This document shows positions 28,061 to 37,088 of a DNA stretch of 64,000 bases, piece by piece. Source of the stretch: a virus. Lineage: Duplodnaviria; Heunggongvirae; Uroviricota; Caudoviricetes. The position numbers were made by a program, and so were the translations under genes. The notes under the pieces were generated by a model. The model made no database searches. It worked only from the letters and a program-made list of their open reading frames with translations, and had not been told where the DNA came from. Location: IMG/VR virus record IMGVR_UViG_3300032315_001694. One strand, given 5' to 3'. Every line of letters begins with the position of its first letter. Positions within the stretch are counted from its first letter, which is position 1.

Positions 28061-28715
28061 AGAAGAACTTCTAAAAGAAAAAGAAAAAATCCAAAATTCC
28101 GTAATGACTACCTTCAAAGGCGGATATGATTGGATTAATCCAGAATATAAAGATGTTATAATTGAGAATCTTCAAGTAACAGAATTTACTCAAATGTATC
28201 CTCATATTATGGTTATGTTACATGATGAAGGATTGATTGATATTCCAGAAGAATCAGATAAAATGAAATGGTTTTTTCAAAATGTAAAAAATTTAAAACT
28301 TGCAGGTGATGGTGAGTATTATAAATGGAAAGGTTGGGTTAATTCACTTTATGGTTTGTTTTGGAAACAACCCAAGGGTCTTTTAATCTTTGGTTTAATA
28401 TCTAAATATCAATATCTATTATTTGATGAAATATTGGAAAATAATCCAGAACATATAGTTTATATTGATACTGATATGATTTTATCAGTTAATCCGGTAA
28501 ACTTAGGAGATTGTCCTTTTCCACACTCAACCGATACTTTAACACTTGGCATCATAAATGAAAAGAAGAGGTATATAGTTCATGATGGCAATGAGTTAAA
28601 GATTAAAGGATATCCAACTAGAAAACATGAAGAAGTTAAAAGAGAAGTTCAGTCACGAATCAGACAACTTCAATTAGAAAAATTGGGTATAGGAGAACAA
28701 TTAACATTATTTTAA
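28038..28715 (+). CDS. hypothetical protein
   Basis: 225 aa. Confidence 0.4.
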   Translation: MKLPQRHKEELLKEKEKIQNSVMTTFKGGYDWINPEYKDVIIENLQVTEFTQMYPHIMVMLHDEGLIDIPEESDKMKWFFQNVKNLKLAGDGEYYKWKGWVNSLYGLFWKQPKGLLIFGLISKYQYLLFDEILENNPEHIVYIDTDMILSVNPVNLGDCPFPHSTDTLTLGIINEKKRYIVHDGNELKIKGYPTRKHEEVKREVQSRIRQLQLEKLGIGEQLTLF

Positions 28716-28716
28716 T

Positions 28717-29001
28717 ATGAGTATTTGGAATTGCCCAAAATGTAACTTTAATAATGCGAAAGGATGGAACGAGTGTAATTCTTGTCGAACTTCTAAACCA
28801 ATCTATAAGACAACACAAGAAGATAGAATTAAAACTCTTGAGAAGTTCAAATCTTTCTTAGTAACTATGAAATCAATTAATGCAGAACCAAGTGAGATTT
28901 CTTGGTTTGAAGATAAAGTAAAAAAGCAAGAGGATGTCGTCAAAAAACATCAAAGAGAATATAATCTATCAATATTGTTAAATGAAAAAGATAGTTTGTA
29001 A
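28717..29001 (+). CDS. zinc-ribbon protein
   Basis: WNCPKCNFNNAKGWNECNSC. Confidence 0.35.
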   Translation: MSIWNCPKCNFNNAKGWNECNSCRTSKPIYKTTQEDRIKTLEKFKSFLVTMKSINAEPSEISWFEDKVKKQEDVVKKHQREYNLSILLNEKDSL

Positions 29002-29206
29002 AACAAATTCAATTAATACACTAACTAAAGGTTCTGTTTATGATATAATATCAGGATCTTGGGAAGCTTGTCGATTTTGTATTAAAGATGACTTTGAAAA
29101 TGAACAATGGTATTATTCAGAACATTTTTATACTCTGGAAGAAATGAGAGAAGAAAAAATAGAATGGTTATTGAGAGATTCACGATTAAATGATTTAGGA
29201 ATATGA
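28982..29206 (+). CDS. hypothetical protein
   Basis: 74 aa. Confidence 0.3.
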   Translation: MKKIVCKTNSINTLTKGSVYDIISGSWEACRFCIKDDFENEQWYYSEHFYTLEEMREEKIEWLLRDSRLNDLGI

Positions 29207-29415
29207 AAGATAAATTTTGTAAAAATTGTTTTTACCTAACTTCTAAAGAATCTAAGGATTTTCCATTAAGTGACTATCATACTAAGTATGTATGTGAATT
29301 ACATAAACTTTACAATGATGAGGTAATGTGGCCATCATCACAAAGATGTGATGATTGGACTTCGATTATATCTGGAAACAGAAATTTAAAATTAGAAGAA
29401 TTGGGAATAATTTAG
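29203..29415 (+). CDS. hypothetical cysteine-containing small protein
   Basis: 70 aa. Confidence 0.3.
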   Translation: MKDKFCKNCFYLTSKESKDFPLSDYHTKYVCELHKLYNDEVMWPSSQRCDDWTSIISGNRNLKLEELGII

Positions 29416-29423
29416 TATATTTG
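29416..29423 (+). promoter_or_regulatory. TAtaTTTG -7 promoter element 5 nt upstream of smpB
   Basis: Same tagtatatttgtag motif as upstream of ligA. Confidence 0.45.
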
Positions 29424-29428
29424 TAGTT

Positions 29429-29857
29429 ATGAAAATAGTTAATAAGAAGGCATATTATGACTACTTTGTAGTTGAAGAATACATCTGCGGACTTGTGCTT
29501 CAAGGATCAGAAGTGAAATCTTTGAGGCGAGGTGATGTAAATTTTAATGATGGTTATATCATCTTCAAAGATGGGGAGTTATTCATTAAGAATATGCGTA
29601 TCGCTCAGTATAAAGAAGCCACCTACAATAATCACGAAGAAATGCGTGACAAGAAAATACTTTTAACTAAAAAAGAAATATCGAAGATTTCCAAATCCTA
29701 CGATGAAAAAGGAATTACCGTAATTCCACTTGAAGTATTTATACTTAAAAATCGATTCAAAATTAAATTAGGTGTTTGTCGTGGAAAAAAGAACTGGGAT
29801 AAAAGGGAAAGTATCAAACAAAAAGATATAGAAAGAGAATATCAAAGAAAATTTTAA
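29429..29857 (+). CDS. smpB: SsrA-binding protein SmpB homolog
   Basis: NKKAYYDYFVVEEYICGLVLQGSEVKSLRRG...KILLTKKEISK...GITVIPLEVFILKNRFKIKLGVCRGKKNWDKRE follows the SmpB family consensus throughout. Confidence 0.8.
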   Translation: MKIVNKKAYYDYFVVEEYICGLVLQGSEVKSLRRGDVNFNDGYIIFKDGELFIKNMRIAQYKEATYNNHEEMRDKKILLTKKEISKISKSYDEKGITVIPLEVFILKNRFKIKLGVCRGKKNWDKRESIKQKDIEREYQRKF

Positions 29858-30017
29858 TACATAAAATATGACTGATAATGATAAAATTTCATATATTCTA
29901 AAACATGAGGCAATTATTACCTATGCTGTAATTGATGGTCATAAATCTCATGATAATGATAAGTTTAAAGAAATTAGAAAAAAAATAAAAAAGTTCAGAA
30001 AAGAATTAACTTTTTAA

Positions 30018-30025
30018 TATATTTG
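30018..30025 (+). promoter_or_regulatory. TAtaTTTG -7 promoter element 12 nt upstream of the tRNA-like ncRNA
   Basis: Exact consensus; no protein-coding gene follows. Confidence 0.45.
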
Positions 30026-30036
30026 TAATAGAAAAA

Positions 30037-30202
30037 CAACTCGAAGGCTCTGTGAAGAGCTAGGCCGTCGCATAATAACGGGGTAAGTATCGGTTAGATA
30101 CTACTGCAGAAATGCTATACGTGAGATTGTAACCCGTGGCTGATTCCCTGTTGTAATTCAGAAATGAATTATTGGATGTAGGTTCAAATCCTACCGAGTT
30201 GA
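30037..30202 (+). ncRNA. tRNA-like structured ncRNA, about 166 nt (candidate reduced tmRNA or insertion-containing tRNA)
   Basis: 7-bp acceptor pairing caactcg(30037-43)/cgagttg(30195-201); D-arm gctc-tgtgaa-gagc; T-arm gtagg-ttcaaat-cctac; 6-bp stem with 8-nt loop at 30153-30172; about 90-nt structured insert between the D-arm and the 30153-30172 stem-loop; sits directly downstream of smpB. Confidence 0.4.
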
Positions 30203-30616
30203 CTAAAATTGTGGTAGTAGATGAAACGATATACTCTACACAGCCAGTAAATAAGTTTATCTCCTTGATAAACCTGGTCAACCACCGTTAATTATATACT
30301 ATAAATAAGGAGGTTAATTTTAATATGAGCAACTGGATCGTATTAGGGTTAAAATATACTAGATGAAACCAGTACCCATTTTATATAGTGGTATTAAAAT
30401 GGATTTATGAAATGAACCATTAAATTGAAGAATTAATCTCAATAGTGTGAAATGTTGAGAGAGGCAGAATGGTAACACTGCCAATAAAAAATTAGGAGTA
30501 AAATCCGTAATTTTTTAAGATATAAGTCCAAGTGGTTAGTCCACAAAGTTTTTGTTATAGGTTTTAGGCTTTAGACCTGATAAAGACAGAAGTTCCAAAT
30601 CTTCAATTTTTTTTAT

Positions 30617-30624
30617 TATATTTG
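30617..30624 (+). promoter_or_regulatory. TAtaTTTG -7 promoter element upstream of the yqeY-like gene
   Basis: Consensus match 25 nt before ATG. Confidence 0.4.
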
Positions 30625-30649
30625 TAGAAACAATTAAAACTGATAAAAA

Positions 30650-31054
30650 ATGTCTCTTAAAGAAACAATCAATGCTGACTTCATGAAGGCCTTCAAAGCG
30701 AAGAAGATGGAGTTAAAATCTTTTCTTGGAACCTTGAAAGGTGAAATTCAAAATATTGAGAAAAACTCAATGGTAGAAAACCTTTCAGATGAAGAAGTTA
30801 TCAAAATCTTAAACAAATTTGCTAAAAACTGCAAGGAAAATATCCGTTTAGCTAATGATGAAAAATCAAAAGTTGAATTGGAAGTAATAGAATCATACTT
30901 ACCAAAACAACTTTCAGCTGAAGAAATTCAATCTAAAATTGAAGCTTTAGTTGCCTCTGGTGTTAAAAACATTGGTCAAATCATGAAAGAGTTTTCAACT
31001 CTTCCAGCTGACAAGAAAATTGTCTCTGAAATGGCTAAAAAGGCACTTGTTTAG
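30650..31054 (+). CDS. GatB/YqeY-domain protein
   Basis: MSLKETINADFMKAFKAKK...LSDEEVIKILNKFAK...ESYLPKQLSAEEIQSKIEALVASGVKNIGQIMKEF closely parallels bacterial YqeY (MSLKE..., EEYLPKQLSEEE). Confidence 0.65.
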   Translation: MSLKETINADFMKAFKAKKMELKSFLGTLKGEIQNIEKNSMVENLSDEEVIKILNKFAKNCKENIRLANDEKSKVELEVIESYLPKQLSAEEIQSKIEALVASGVKNIGQIMKEFSTLPADKKIVSEMAKKALV

Positions 31055-31078
31055 TATAAAAAAATGAGTTAAAAAATC

Positions 31079-31101
31079 CCGGATGTTTTCCGGTATTTTT
31101 T
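31079..31101 (+). terminator. rho-independent terminator (ccgga/tccgg plus T-run)
   Basis: Hairpin followed by tatttttt, 25 nt after the yqeY-like stop. Confidence 0.55.
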
Positions 31102-31104
31102 ATA

Positions 31105-32973
31105 TTATTTAACGAAGAATCTATCTAATTGTTCTAATCTAGACTTTAGATTATTAATTTTATCTTTTTCAGGTTTATCATACTCTTCACCAAATGAAAG
31201 ATATAATTGCTTAGAATTCATAACTTTCTCAATGGATTTTTTCAGTTTATCAATAAGATTTACATCTTTCAAATCCTCAGTGTAAGACCAAGCATCTGAA
31301 GTTTTAGTTTCATCTTCTATTTCAATACCTAATAGTTCAGCATCCATTTTATGAATCCATTCAAGTGTCATAACATCATCATCTTTCACTATATCAATTG
31401 GTGATTTCATCTTATGAAGTGTTATTTTGAACTTGGTTATAAACCAATTACCAGATTCATCTTTACTCAAAAGTTCTTTTAAAATACCACCGTGTTCTTC
31501 CCAGTATCTATTTTTCTTAACTATATTTTGATACCAAACTAAATCTTTTAATTTATAGAAATCTACATAGTCTCTATCATCTCGGTGAAAATAATCACTA
31601 CCACACTCACCGGTTTTACCATTCACGGAAATAACAATACTAATAGCATCATCATCATAAATATAATAACCATAAGCATCTGAGTAAATAGCATCTTCAA
31701 CGTGTAAAAACTCATCATTCCACTCACTAAACACAATATTCTCATAATCCTCCGGATACCAACCACGATTTCCTCTACCTCCTGTTCTTACTTCGACAGC
31801 TCTATTTCTCCATAAGTAATCACTGAGTGGATCAGACCAAACTGCTTGATCCTCTGGAATTGGCTCATCATAATATTCAGAATACATCTCCTCTTCATCA
31901 GATATCTCTTGATATCCACCACCAGTATCTTCTAAAATGTATTGACCAGAATGATCGTCTTTATCATCATCATTGTAAAGATTACCATTAAATGGATTAT
32001 ATCTTTTAAATGTATCCATATAAGGATATCTTCCATATTTTTCTTTTTTTAATTCAATTATGATTCCAAGTATGTGATTTTTACCATTAAAGGTAAATTC
32101 ACTAAGACTATAATGGTTATTATTGGCTTTAAAAGCCCAACCTTCAGAAACGGCATAATCTCTCATTTTTTGAACTATCGAATCATCAATTGCATATTGT
32201 CTGTCCATTAAATATTCAAACTTTTCCGGATTTGGCACAGAAACAGATCCTTTAATCGTGTCGATTTTCCAAACAAGAGCTCTGCCTTTTAATTTTTCTT
32301 TACCATCATTCTCATCTTCTTCTACTAAACAAAGCATTTGACATTTATCAGGATTCTTTACATAAATATCGAAATATGAACTAGGTTTTTCTTTCATACA
32401 AGAATTACCCAGTGTATAATATTGAGACCAGTAATTTTCACTTTTATACCAAAAAGCAATATCGTCACCTTTTACAAGTAATATCCTTTCACCTTTCTTT
32501 TCTAAAGCTGCTTTAAATTTATTTGTAAATTCTTCAATTTGAGTTGGTGTGAATTTTCCTGGAAATACTTTATTTAAAAATCTTCCAATTTTAAGAGGAC
32601 TTCTGGATTTAGTCCAAATTTCATTTCCTAAATCATGAAGTTGGTTAGATATACTCATTTTTGGATCATCTTCAAACATAGGATAAATATGAGAGTATTT
32701 ACTTTCAGGATATTTAATGTTTAGATTCTTTCTGGCATTTTTAGCTGTTGTGAATGATATATAACCAGGATCTTTATCGAAATCAATAAAGGTTATATCA
32801 TCTTTTAAGTTTTGAAATTCCAAATCTACTAAAGAATCAGCCACTTCACCAGTTGAACCTTCTATATTTACTAATCTTTTAAATAATTTTCTGAGTTTTG
32901 GTGAAAAATAAACAATAGATTCTGAAATAGAATCTAATTGACTTTCTAGTAAAAACTCATCATATCTAAACAT
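31105..32973 (-). CDS. N-motif family paralog, large (MFRYDEFLLES), paralog of 47472..49016
   Basis: N-terminal signature; shares IVYFSPKLRKL, GNSCM...GRALVWK and YPYMDT segments with 47472..49016. Confidence 0.55.
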   Translation of the reverse strand: MFRYDEFLLESQLDSISESIVYFSPKLRKLFKRLVNIEGSTGEVADSLVDLEFQNLKDDITFIDFDKDPGYISFTTAKNARKNLNIKYPESKYSHIYPMFEDDPKMSISNQLHDLGNEIWTKSRSPLKIGRFLNKVFPGKFTPTQIEEFTNKFKAALEKKGERILLVKGDDIAFWYKSENYWSQYYTLGNSCMKEKPSSYFDIYVKNPDKCQMLCLVEEDENDGKEKLKGRALVWKIDTIKGSVSVPNPEKFEYLMDRQYAIDDSIVQKMRDYAVSEGWAFKANNNHYSLSEFTFNGKNHILGIIIELKKEKYGRYPYMDTFKRYNPFNGNLYNDDDKDDHSGQYILEDTGGGYQEISDEEEMYSEYYDEPIPEDQAVWSDPLSDYLWRNRAVEVRTGGRGNRGWYPEDYENIVFSEWNDEFLHVEDAIYSDAYGYYIYDDDAISIVISVNGKTGECGSDYFHRDDRDYVDFYKLKDLVWYQNIVKKNRYWEEHGGILKELLSKDESGNWFITKFKITLHKMKSPIDIVKDDDVMTLEWIHKMDAELLGIEIEDETKTSDAWSYTEDLKDVNLIDKLKKSIEKVMNSKQLYLSFGEEYDKPEKDKINNLKSRLEQLDRFFVK

Positions 32974-32983
32974 ACTCTATATA

Positions 32984-33895
32984 TTATTTATTGATGATGA
33001 AATCACTAATGAAAGAATCATAAACCTCTTCAATGTCATCTTCTTTTTCAGTTTTTCCAATATAGTAAATTAAACACTCAGAATCGGTCCAAAACTCATA
33101 AGAATGCCATCTATCTAAATTAGATAGATATCTCCAATCCATTACATGAAATCCTTCTAAATCATCTAAATCAGTTCCACAAAATCTATCAGGTGTTAGA
33201 AAGTGATTAAATCCATCTTCAACTCTTTTGAACTCTCCTTCTTTAAATTTCCTGAATAATTTATTTATTTTTATCGCTCCTAATGATACACTTTTGATAG
33301 CTGAGAATGAATCTTTTAACCACTCATCATATTGTTTTTGTAAATCAGACATCATCTCTGAATAAGAATTATCTGAAATTTTATTCACAATCATTAACTC
33401 AGAAAACTTATCATTAAATGAAATCAGCACGGGCAGTTGGCCAGGTCTTCGTGAAGTATTTGGAAAGCCATCAGTTATATGAACTTGACAACTCCATAAA
33501 TCTGATGAAGGAGCTACTCCAAATTTAGCACCATCAAAAGGTATGATTAAGTAACGATGAAATCCAAATATAATTCTCCGGTCAATACTTGTTAGTCCGA
33601 TAACTGATTGACTTCTTTTCGGAAATTTTGACCAACTCGGTAGATTATCCATTAATAAAGTATGATGTCTTGATTCTACACCATCAGTAAATCTATCGGA
33701 TTTCTTTAAAGGAGATCTATCAAAAGATTTTGGATTGATATAGGAAAATATCGGACCTTCAGATGATTTACTTCTTTGAAGTAGTTTTGGTGCCTTAACA
33801 AAATCTTTACACTTTTCATGTAAGATTTTTCTAAACTCTGATTCGGTCAATTCAGAAGTCCTACTCTCAAACATTTTGAATAATTGAAATCTCAT
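32984..33895 (-). CDS. N-motif family paralog (MRFQLFKMFES)
   Basis: N-terminal signature. Confidence 0.5.
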   Translation of the reverse strand: MRFQLFKMFESRTSELTESEFRKILHEKCKDFVKAPKLLQRSKSSEGPIFSYINPKSFDRSPLKKSDRFTDGVESRHHTLLMDNLPSWSKFPKRSQSVIGLTSIDRRIIFGFHRYLIIPFDGAKFGVAPSSDLWSCQVHITDGFPNTSRRPGQLPVLISFNDKFSELMIVNKISDNSYSEMMSDLQKQYDEWLKDSFSAIKSVSLGAIKINKLFRKFKEGEFKRVEDGFNHFLTPDRFCGTDLDDLEGFHVMDWRYLSNLDRWHSYEFWTDSECLIYYIGKTEKEDDIEEVYDSFISDFIINK

Positions 33896-34536
33896 ATAAA
33901 ATGTTGAATTAATTTTTGGTTATCCGTCAAATCCCAATTATTCATAGGTCGTTCTTCGATTAATTGAGCCATTTTAATATATTCCTCGTCTGAACAATTG
34001 ACTAATAAACCTGTAAATCCAAGCTTTTCTTCTGTTGTTGAATATCCTGGTCTTATCCAATCCTCTGTCCATAAATCACCATATGGTCGAAATCCTTCAA
34101 CATGATAGAATCTTTTCAAACACTCAATTAAAAAATCTAACTTTGGTTTAGAAAATAGAGTATCGGCAAATTGAATCATTAAATGTTTATAAGCTTTGGC
34201 ACCACCTTTTATAGAATTTAAAGCAATTTCACTACCAAAATGATTTGAAAAATTGATACTCTCTATATTACAATAATTAGTACAAAATTTTAATCTTTTA
34301 TCAGGAATATCAGTATTAAGTATATCTATAAAGTTTGATTTTTTTGATACTATATTTTTAAGATTCTCACCACCTGGATGTGGTTTTAGATAAAATTTAA
34401 AACCAGATTGATAACCATATAATTTACTATCAATTTCATCAGTGAAATCATAAAAGTAATTTTCAACCTGACCAAAAGTTGGAAAATCAAAATCATTGTC
34501 AAATGACTCAAATTGTTTGAATTTTAAAATATTCAT
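33892..34536 (-). CDS. N-motif family paralog (start at internal Met: MNILKFKQFESF)
   Basis: Signature appears at internal Met; the tracked start at 34653 would run antisense through the divergent neighbour. Confidence 0.45.
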   Translation of the reverse strand: MNILKFKQFESFDNDFDFPTFGQVENYFYDFTDEIDSKLYGYQSGFKFYLKPHPGGENLKNIVSKKSNFIDILNTDIPDKRLKFCTNYCNIESINFSNHFGSEIALNSIKGGAKAYKHLMIQFADTLFSKPKLDFLIECLKRFYHVEGFRPYGDLWTEDWIRPGYSTTEEKLGFTGLLVNCSDEEYIKMAQLIEERPMNNWDLTDNQKLIQHFI

Positions 34537-34552
34537 ATTAATATATATTAAA

Positions 34553-35674
34553 ATGAGACACTTAAAACCATATAAAATATTTGAATCTTCAGAAGGATTA
34601 ACACCTGAAGAGTTTTGTGAGAAATATCTTTCAGGTAATTTTAAAATTACCAATGGTGAAATCCATGTTGAAGGTGATGTTTACCTATTTAATAAAGAAT
34701 TGTCTCAAATTCCAAAGTTTGGTTCAGTCAGTGGTCTTATAGATGTGAGAAAAAATAAACTTAAAACATTTGAATTCCTACCAGAAGAATGTGGTGGTCC
34801 TTATGTTATTCATATGAATCCATATGAAGGAGAATTAAAAAGAATTGTAGAAATCACACAAAATAGAATTAGTGATGGAACTCTCAATATCTACAAAAAT
34901 TTATTTGATAAATTCATTAAAAGATGTTTAGAAGATGGAGTTTGGTTTGAAGGACAATCTAATGAATTTGGCATCAAAGATGCTTGGCATGATATTAAAT
35001 TAGATGATTACAAACAAAATAAAGATGCCTTCTTTTTTGGTAAATCTGAACTAATTGATTTAGATGATACTGAAATTTTAAAAGAACAATTTGACCTTGA
35101 TATGGATGGTGGCTGGATAATGGATTTAGTAAATAAAACAATAGAAAAAATTAAATCGGATGATGAATCTACCAGAAGATTTTATTTTCTATTTCTTATT
35201 AGTTTGTTAAAGTCAGATGAATCTGATAGAATTCGTGAGGTGGTCGAAGGCACTTATGATTTAGGCGATGTTTATAATAGAATTGATAGTTTCAAATCGA
35301 TGCAAGAAAGAGATTTAGATAAAGCAATTCAACTACTATCTAAAAAATTAGTAAGAACTGATTCAGAAAGAAGTAGAGATGACTCTCACGACCTTTTTGT
35401 TTTTATAGGTAGAGATAAATTTGTAGAAAAAGAAGATGGTTTATATAGAAAATCATTAGAAGTTGAGAATTTCCTCAAAATTAATATTTACAACACAGAA
35501 GATTTGCAGATGATAAATATGATGAAGCTAAGAGCTAGATACCAGGGTGGATCTGAGGTCTATATGATATGGATTCCTAAAGACTTCTTCGATGAGGAAA
35601 AAGATTCCTATACTGAAGAAGAAATATCAGATTTTATTGATGTAATCAATCAAAAGAAAACTAGAATAGGTTAA
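34553..35674 (+). CDS. N-motif family paralog (start at internal Met: MRHLKPYKIFESS), plus-strand member
   Basis: Signature at internal Met; divergent from 33892..34536 with a 16-nt AT-only spacer. Confidence 0.45.
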   Translation: MRHLKPYKIFESSEGLTPEEFCEKYLSGNFKITNGEIHVEGDVYLFNKELSQIPKFGSVSGLIDVRKNKLKTFEFLPEECGGPYVIHMNPYEGELKRIVEITQNRISDGTLNIYKNLFDKFIKRCLEDGVWFEGQSNEFGIKDAWHDIKLDDYKQNKDAFFFGKSELIDLDDTEILKEQFDLDMDGGWIMDLVNKTIEKIKSDDESTRRFYFLFLISLLKSDESDRIREVVEGTYDLGDVYNRIDSFKSMQERDLDKAIQLLSKKLVRTDSERSRDDSHDLFVFIGRDKFVEKEDGLYRKSLEVENFLKINIYNTEDLQMINMMKLRARYQGGSEVYMIWIPKDFFDEEKDSYTEEEISDFIDVINQKKTRIG

Positions 35675-35724
35675 AAAATTATTTAGTTTTTTAATAAAAA
35701 AAACCTAAAACAAAATAAAAGTTT

Positions 35725-36099
35725 TTGTATATTAGCTTAATGAAAGATAAAATCGGAATTTGGACTTCAATTATTTGTTTAATACATTGCTTGGTTTTTC
35801 CAGTATTAGCAACTACTTTTCCTATTTTTTTAGAAATAGATATTAAAGTTGAATTATTCCTTATAGGAATGGCTCTCTTTATTGGAACTTTATCATTTAT
35901 GGATAATGCAATAAAGCATAAATATTATACATCTTTATTGTTTTTTCTTTCAGGATTTTTAGTTATGTTTGTTGCTGTTATTCAAAATTATGAACCTTTA
36001 CATATTTTAGGTTTATTAATTTTGATAGTAGCACATTATTTAAATTATAAAAAGATTAAACAGAGTGATGGGTGTCACCCTCACGGATGTAAACACTAA
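35725..36099 (+). CDS. small polytopic membrane protein with paired-cysteine motifs (CLIHC near N-terminus, GCHPHGC at C-terminus)
   Basis: 3-4 predicted TM helices; the Cys-pair arrangement is reminiscent of MerC/MerF-type metal-binding membrane proteins (weak). Confidence 0.35.
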   Translation: MYISLMKDKIGIWTSIICLIHCLVFPVLATTFPIFLEIDIKVELFLIGMALFIGTLSFMDNAIKHKYYTSLLFFLSGFLVMFVAVIQNYEPLHILGLLILIVAHYLNYKKIKQSDGCHPHGCKH

Positions 36100-36102
36100 A
36101 CT

Positions 36103-36513
36103 ATGCACGCAATATCAGTATATCTACTTAAAGTAGAAGATTTAAGAGACGATAAACTTAATTCTCTTTTAGAGAATAAAGAGACTTCATTCAAAATTAA
36201 AAACGGAGAAATCAACTGGACGCTCTTAGGCGAAGGAATAGTTGCCACAACTAAAATTCCTAAGTCAAAAGAATGGCAAAGTGGCAAACTAATCTGTAAA
36301 ATAGAAACAGATTACTTCGGTGGGTTCGGTGATAAAAGTTCAAAACTATATCGAGATAACCTCATACTAATGAATGAAGATACCAGAAAAGACCCAGATT
36401 CAAATCCTATCAACCAGGCACTTAAAATGATGGGTGTTAAGGCTAAAACAGGTATGGATGAATTTGATACAATCAATCTGAGTAGGTATCGAACAAATGA
36501 AGATTTTAAATAA
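36103..36513 (+). CDS. hypothetical protein
   Basis: 136 aa. Confidence 0.4.
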   Translation: MHAISVYLLKVEDLRDDKLNSLLENKETSFKIKNGEINWTLLGEGIVATTKIPKSKEWQSGKLICKIETDYFGGFGDKSSKLYRDNLILMNEDTRKDPDSNPINQALKMMGVKAKTGMDEFDTINLSRYRTNEDFK

Positions 36514-37088
36514 TGACTAACGACTACGAAAATTACGCTAAAGGACTCTACAAAAAACTAGATAAGTCTCAATTAATTGAGAAAGACAATGAAGAGTTTA
36601 GTAAACACTTCAAACTTTGGAACTACTTTGATTATGATGATACTCTTGAAAGATTAGATGGTGTTGTTGCTAAATCAACTAAATTATGGACACCGGGAAA
36701 AGTATTTCTATATGAAAAACTGATAACTGATTATACAACTGGTCAAAAAAAATTATATTATCCAAAGATCGGACTTTATCTTAATTCACTTCCTTGTGAC
36801 CAAACCGTAGAAGTTGAATGGGTAGATTGGCGAAGAACATGGGAATATAATAGGACTTATGAGTGGACTAATGATAAAGGTGAAATTAAAACCACTGGTG
36901 ATTTTTCCCTTCTACCAACACAAGTCCAAAGTTTGCCAATTTGGCATGATTATCTTTTAATCTATGGAGTTTGGGATAAACTTCCTAGTTGGAAAGAACT
37001 TCGTAAACATTACGATAGAACTTGGTGGTTTCATAAAACAATTCAAGATAAAAGAGATATAACAATCAATAAATTAATAAATGGCTAA
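36513..37088 (+). CDS. hypothetical protein
   Basis: 191 aa, Trp-rich. Confidence 0.4.
   Translation: MTNDYENYAKGLYKKLDKSQLIEKDNEEFSKHFKLWNYFDYDDTLERLDGVVAKSTKLWTPGKVFLYEKLITDYTTGQKKLYYPKIGLYLNSLPCDQTVEVEWVDWRRTWEYNRTYEWTNDKGEIKTTGDFSLLPTQVQSLPIWHDYLLIYGVWDKLPSWKELRKHYDRTWWFHKTIQDKRDITINKLING

Noticed and set aside
30121-30150. Candidate tmRNA tag reading frames inside the ncRNA (GCAGAAATGCTATACGTGAGATTGTAA giving AEMLYVRL; GCTGATTCCCTGTTGTAA giving ADSLL)
   Set aside because: Neither ends in the hydrophobic ...ALAA-type degron typical of tmRNA tags, and no resume-codon context or pseudoknots could be identified by eye. tmRNA identity is left as a hypothesis only.
30060-30281. 73-aa minus-strand ORF in the smpB-yqeY intergenic region
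   Set aside because: It overlaps the tRNA-like ncRNA. The GFEPTS peptide is the signature of a reverse-translated tRNA T-arm. No promoter or start context is present.
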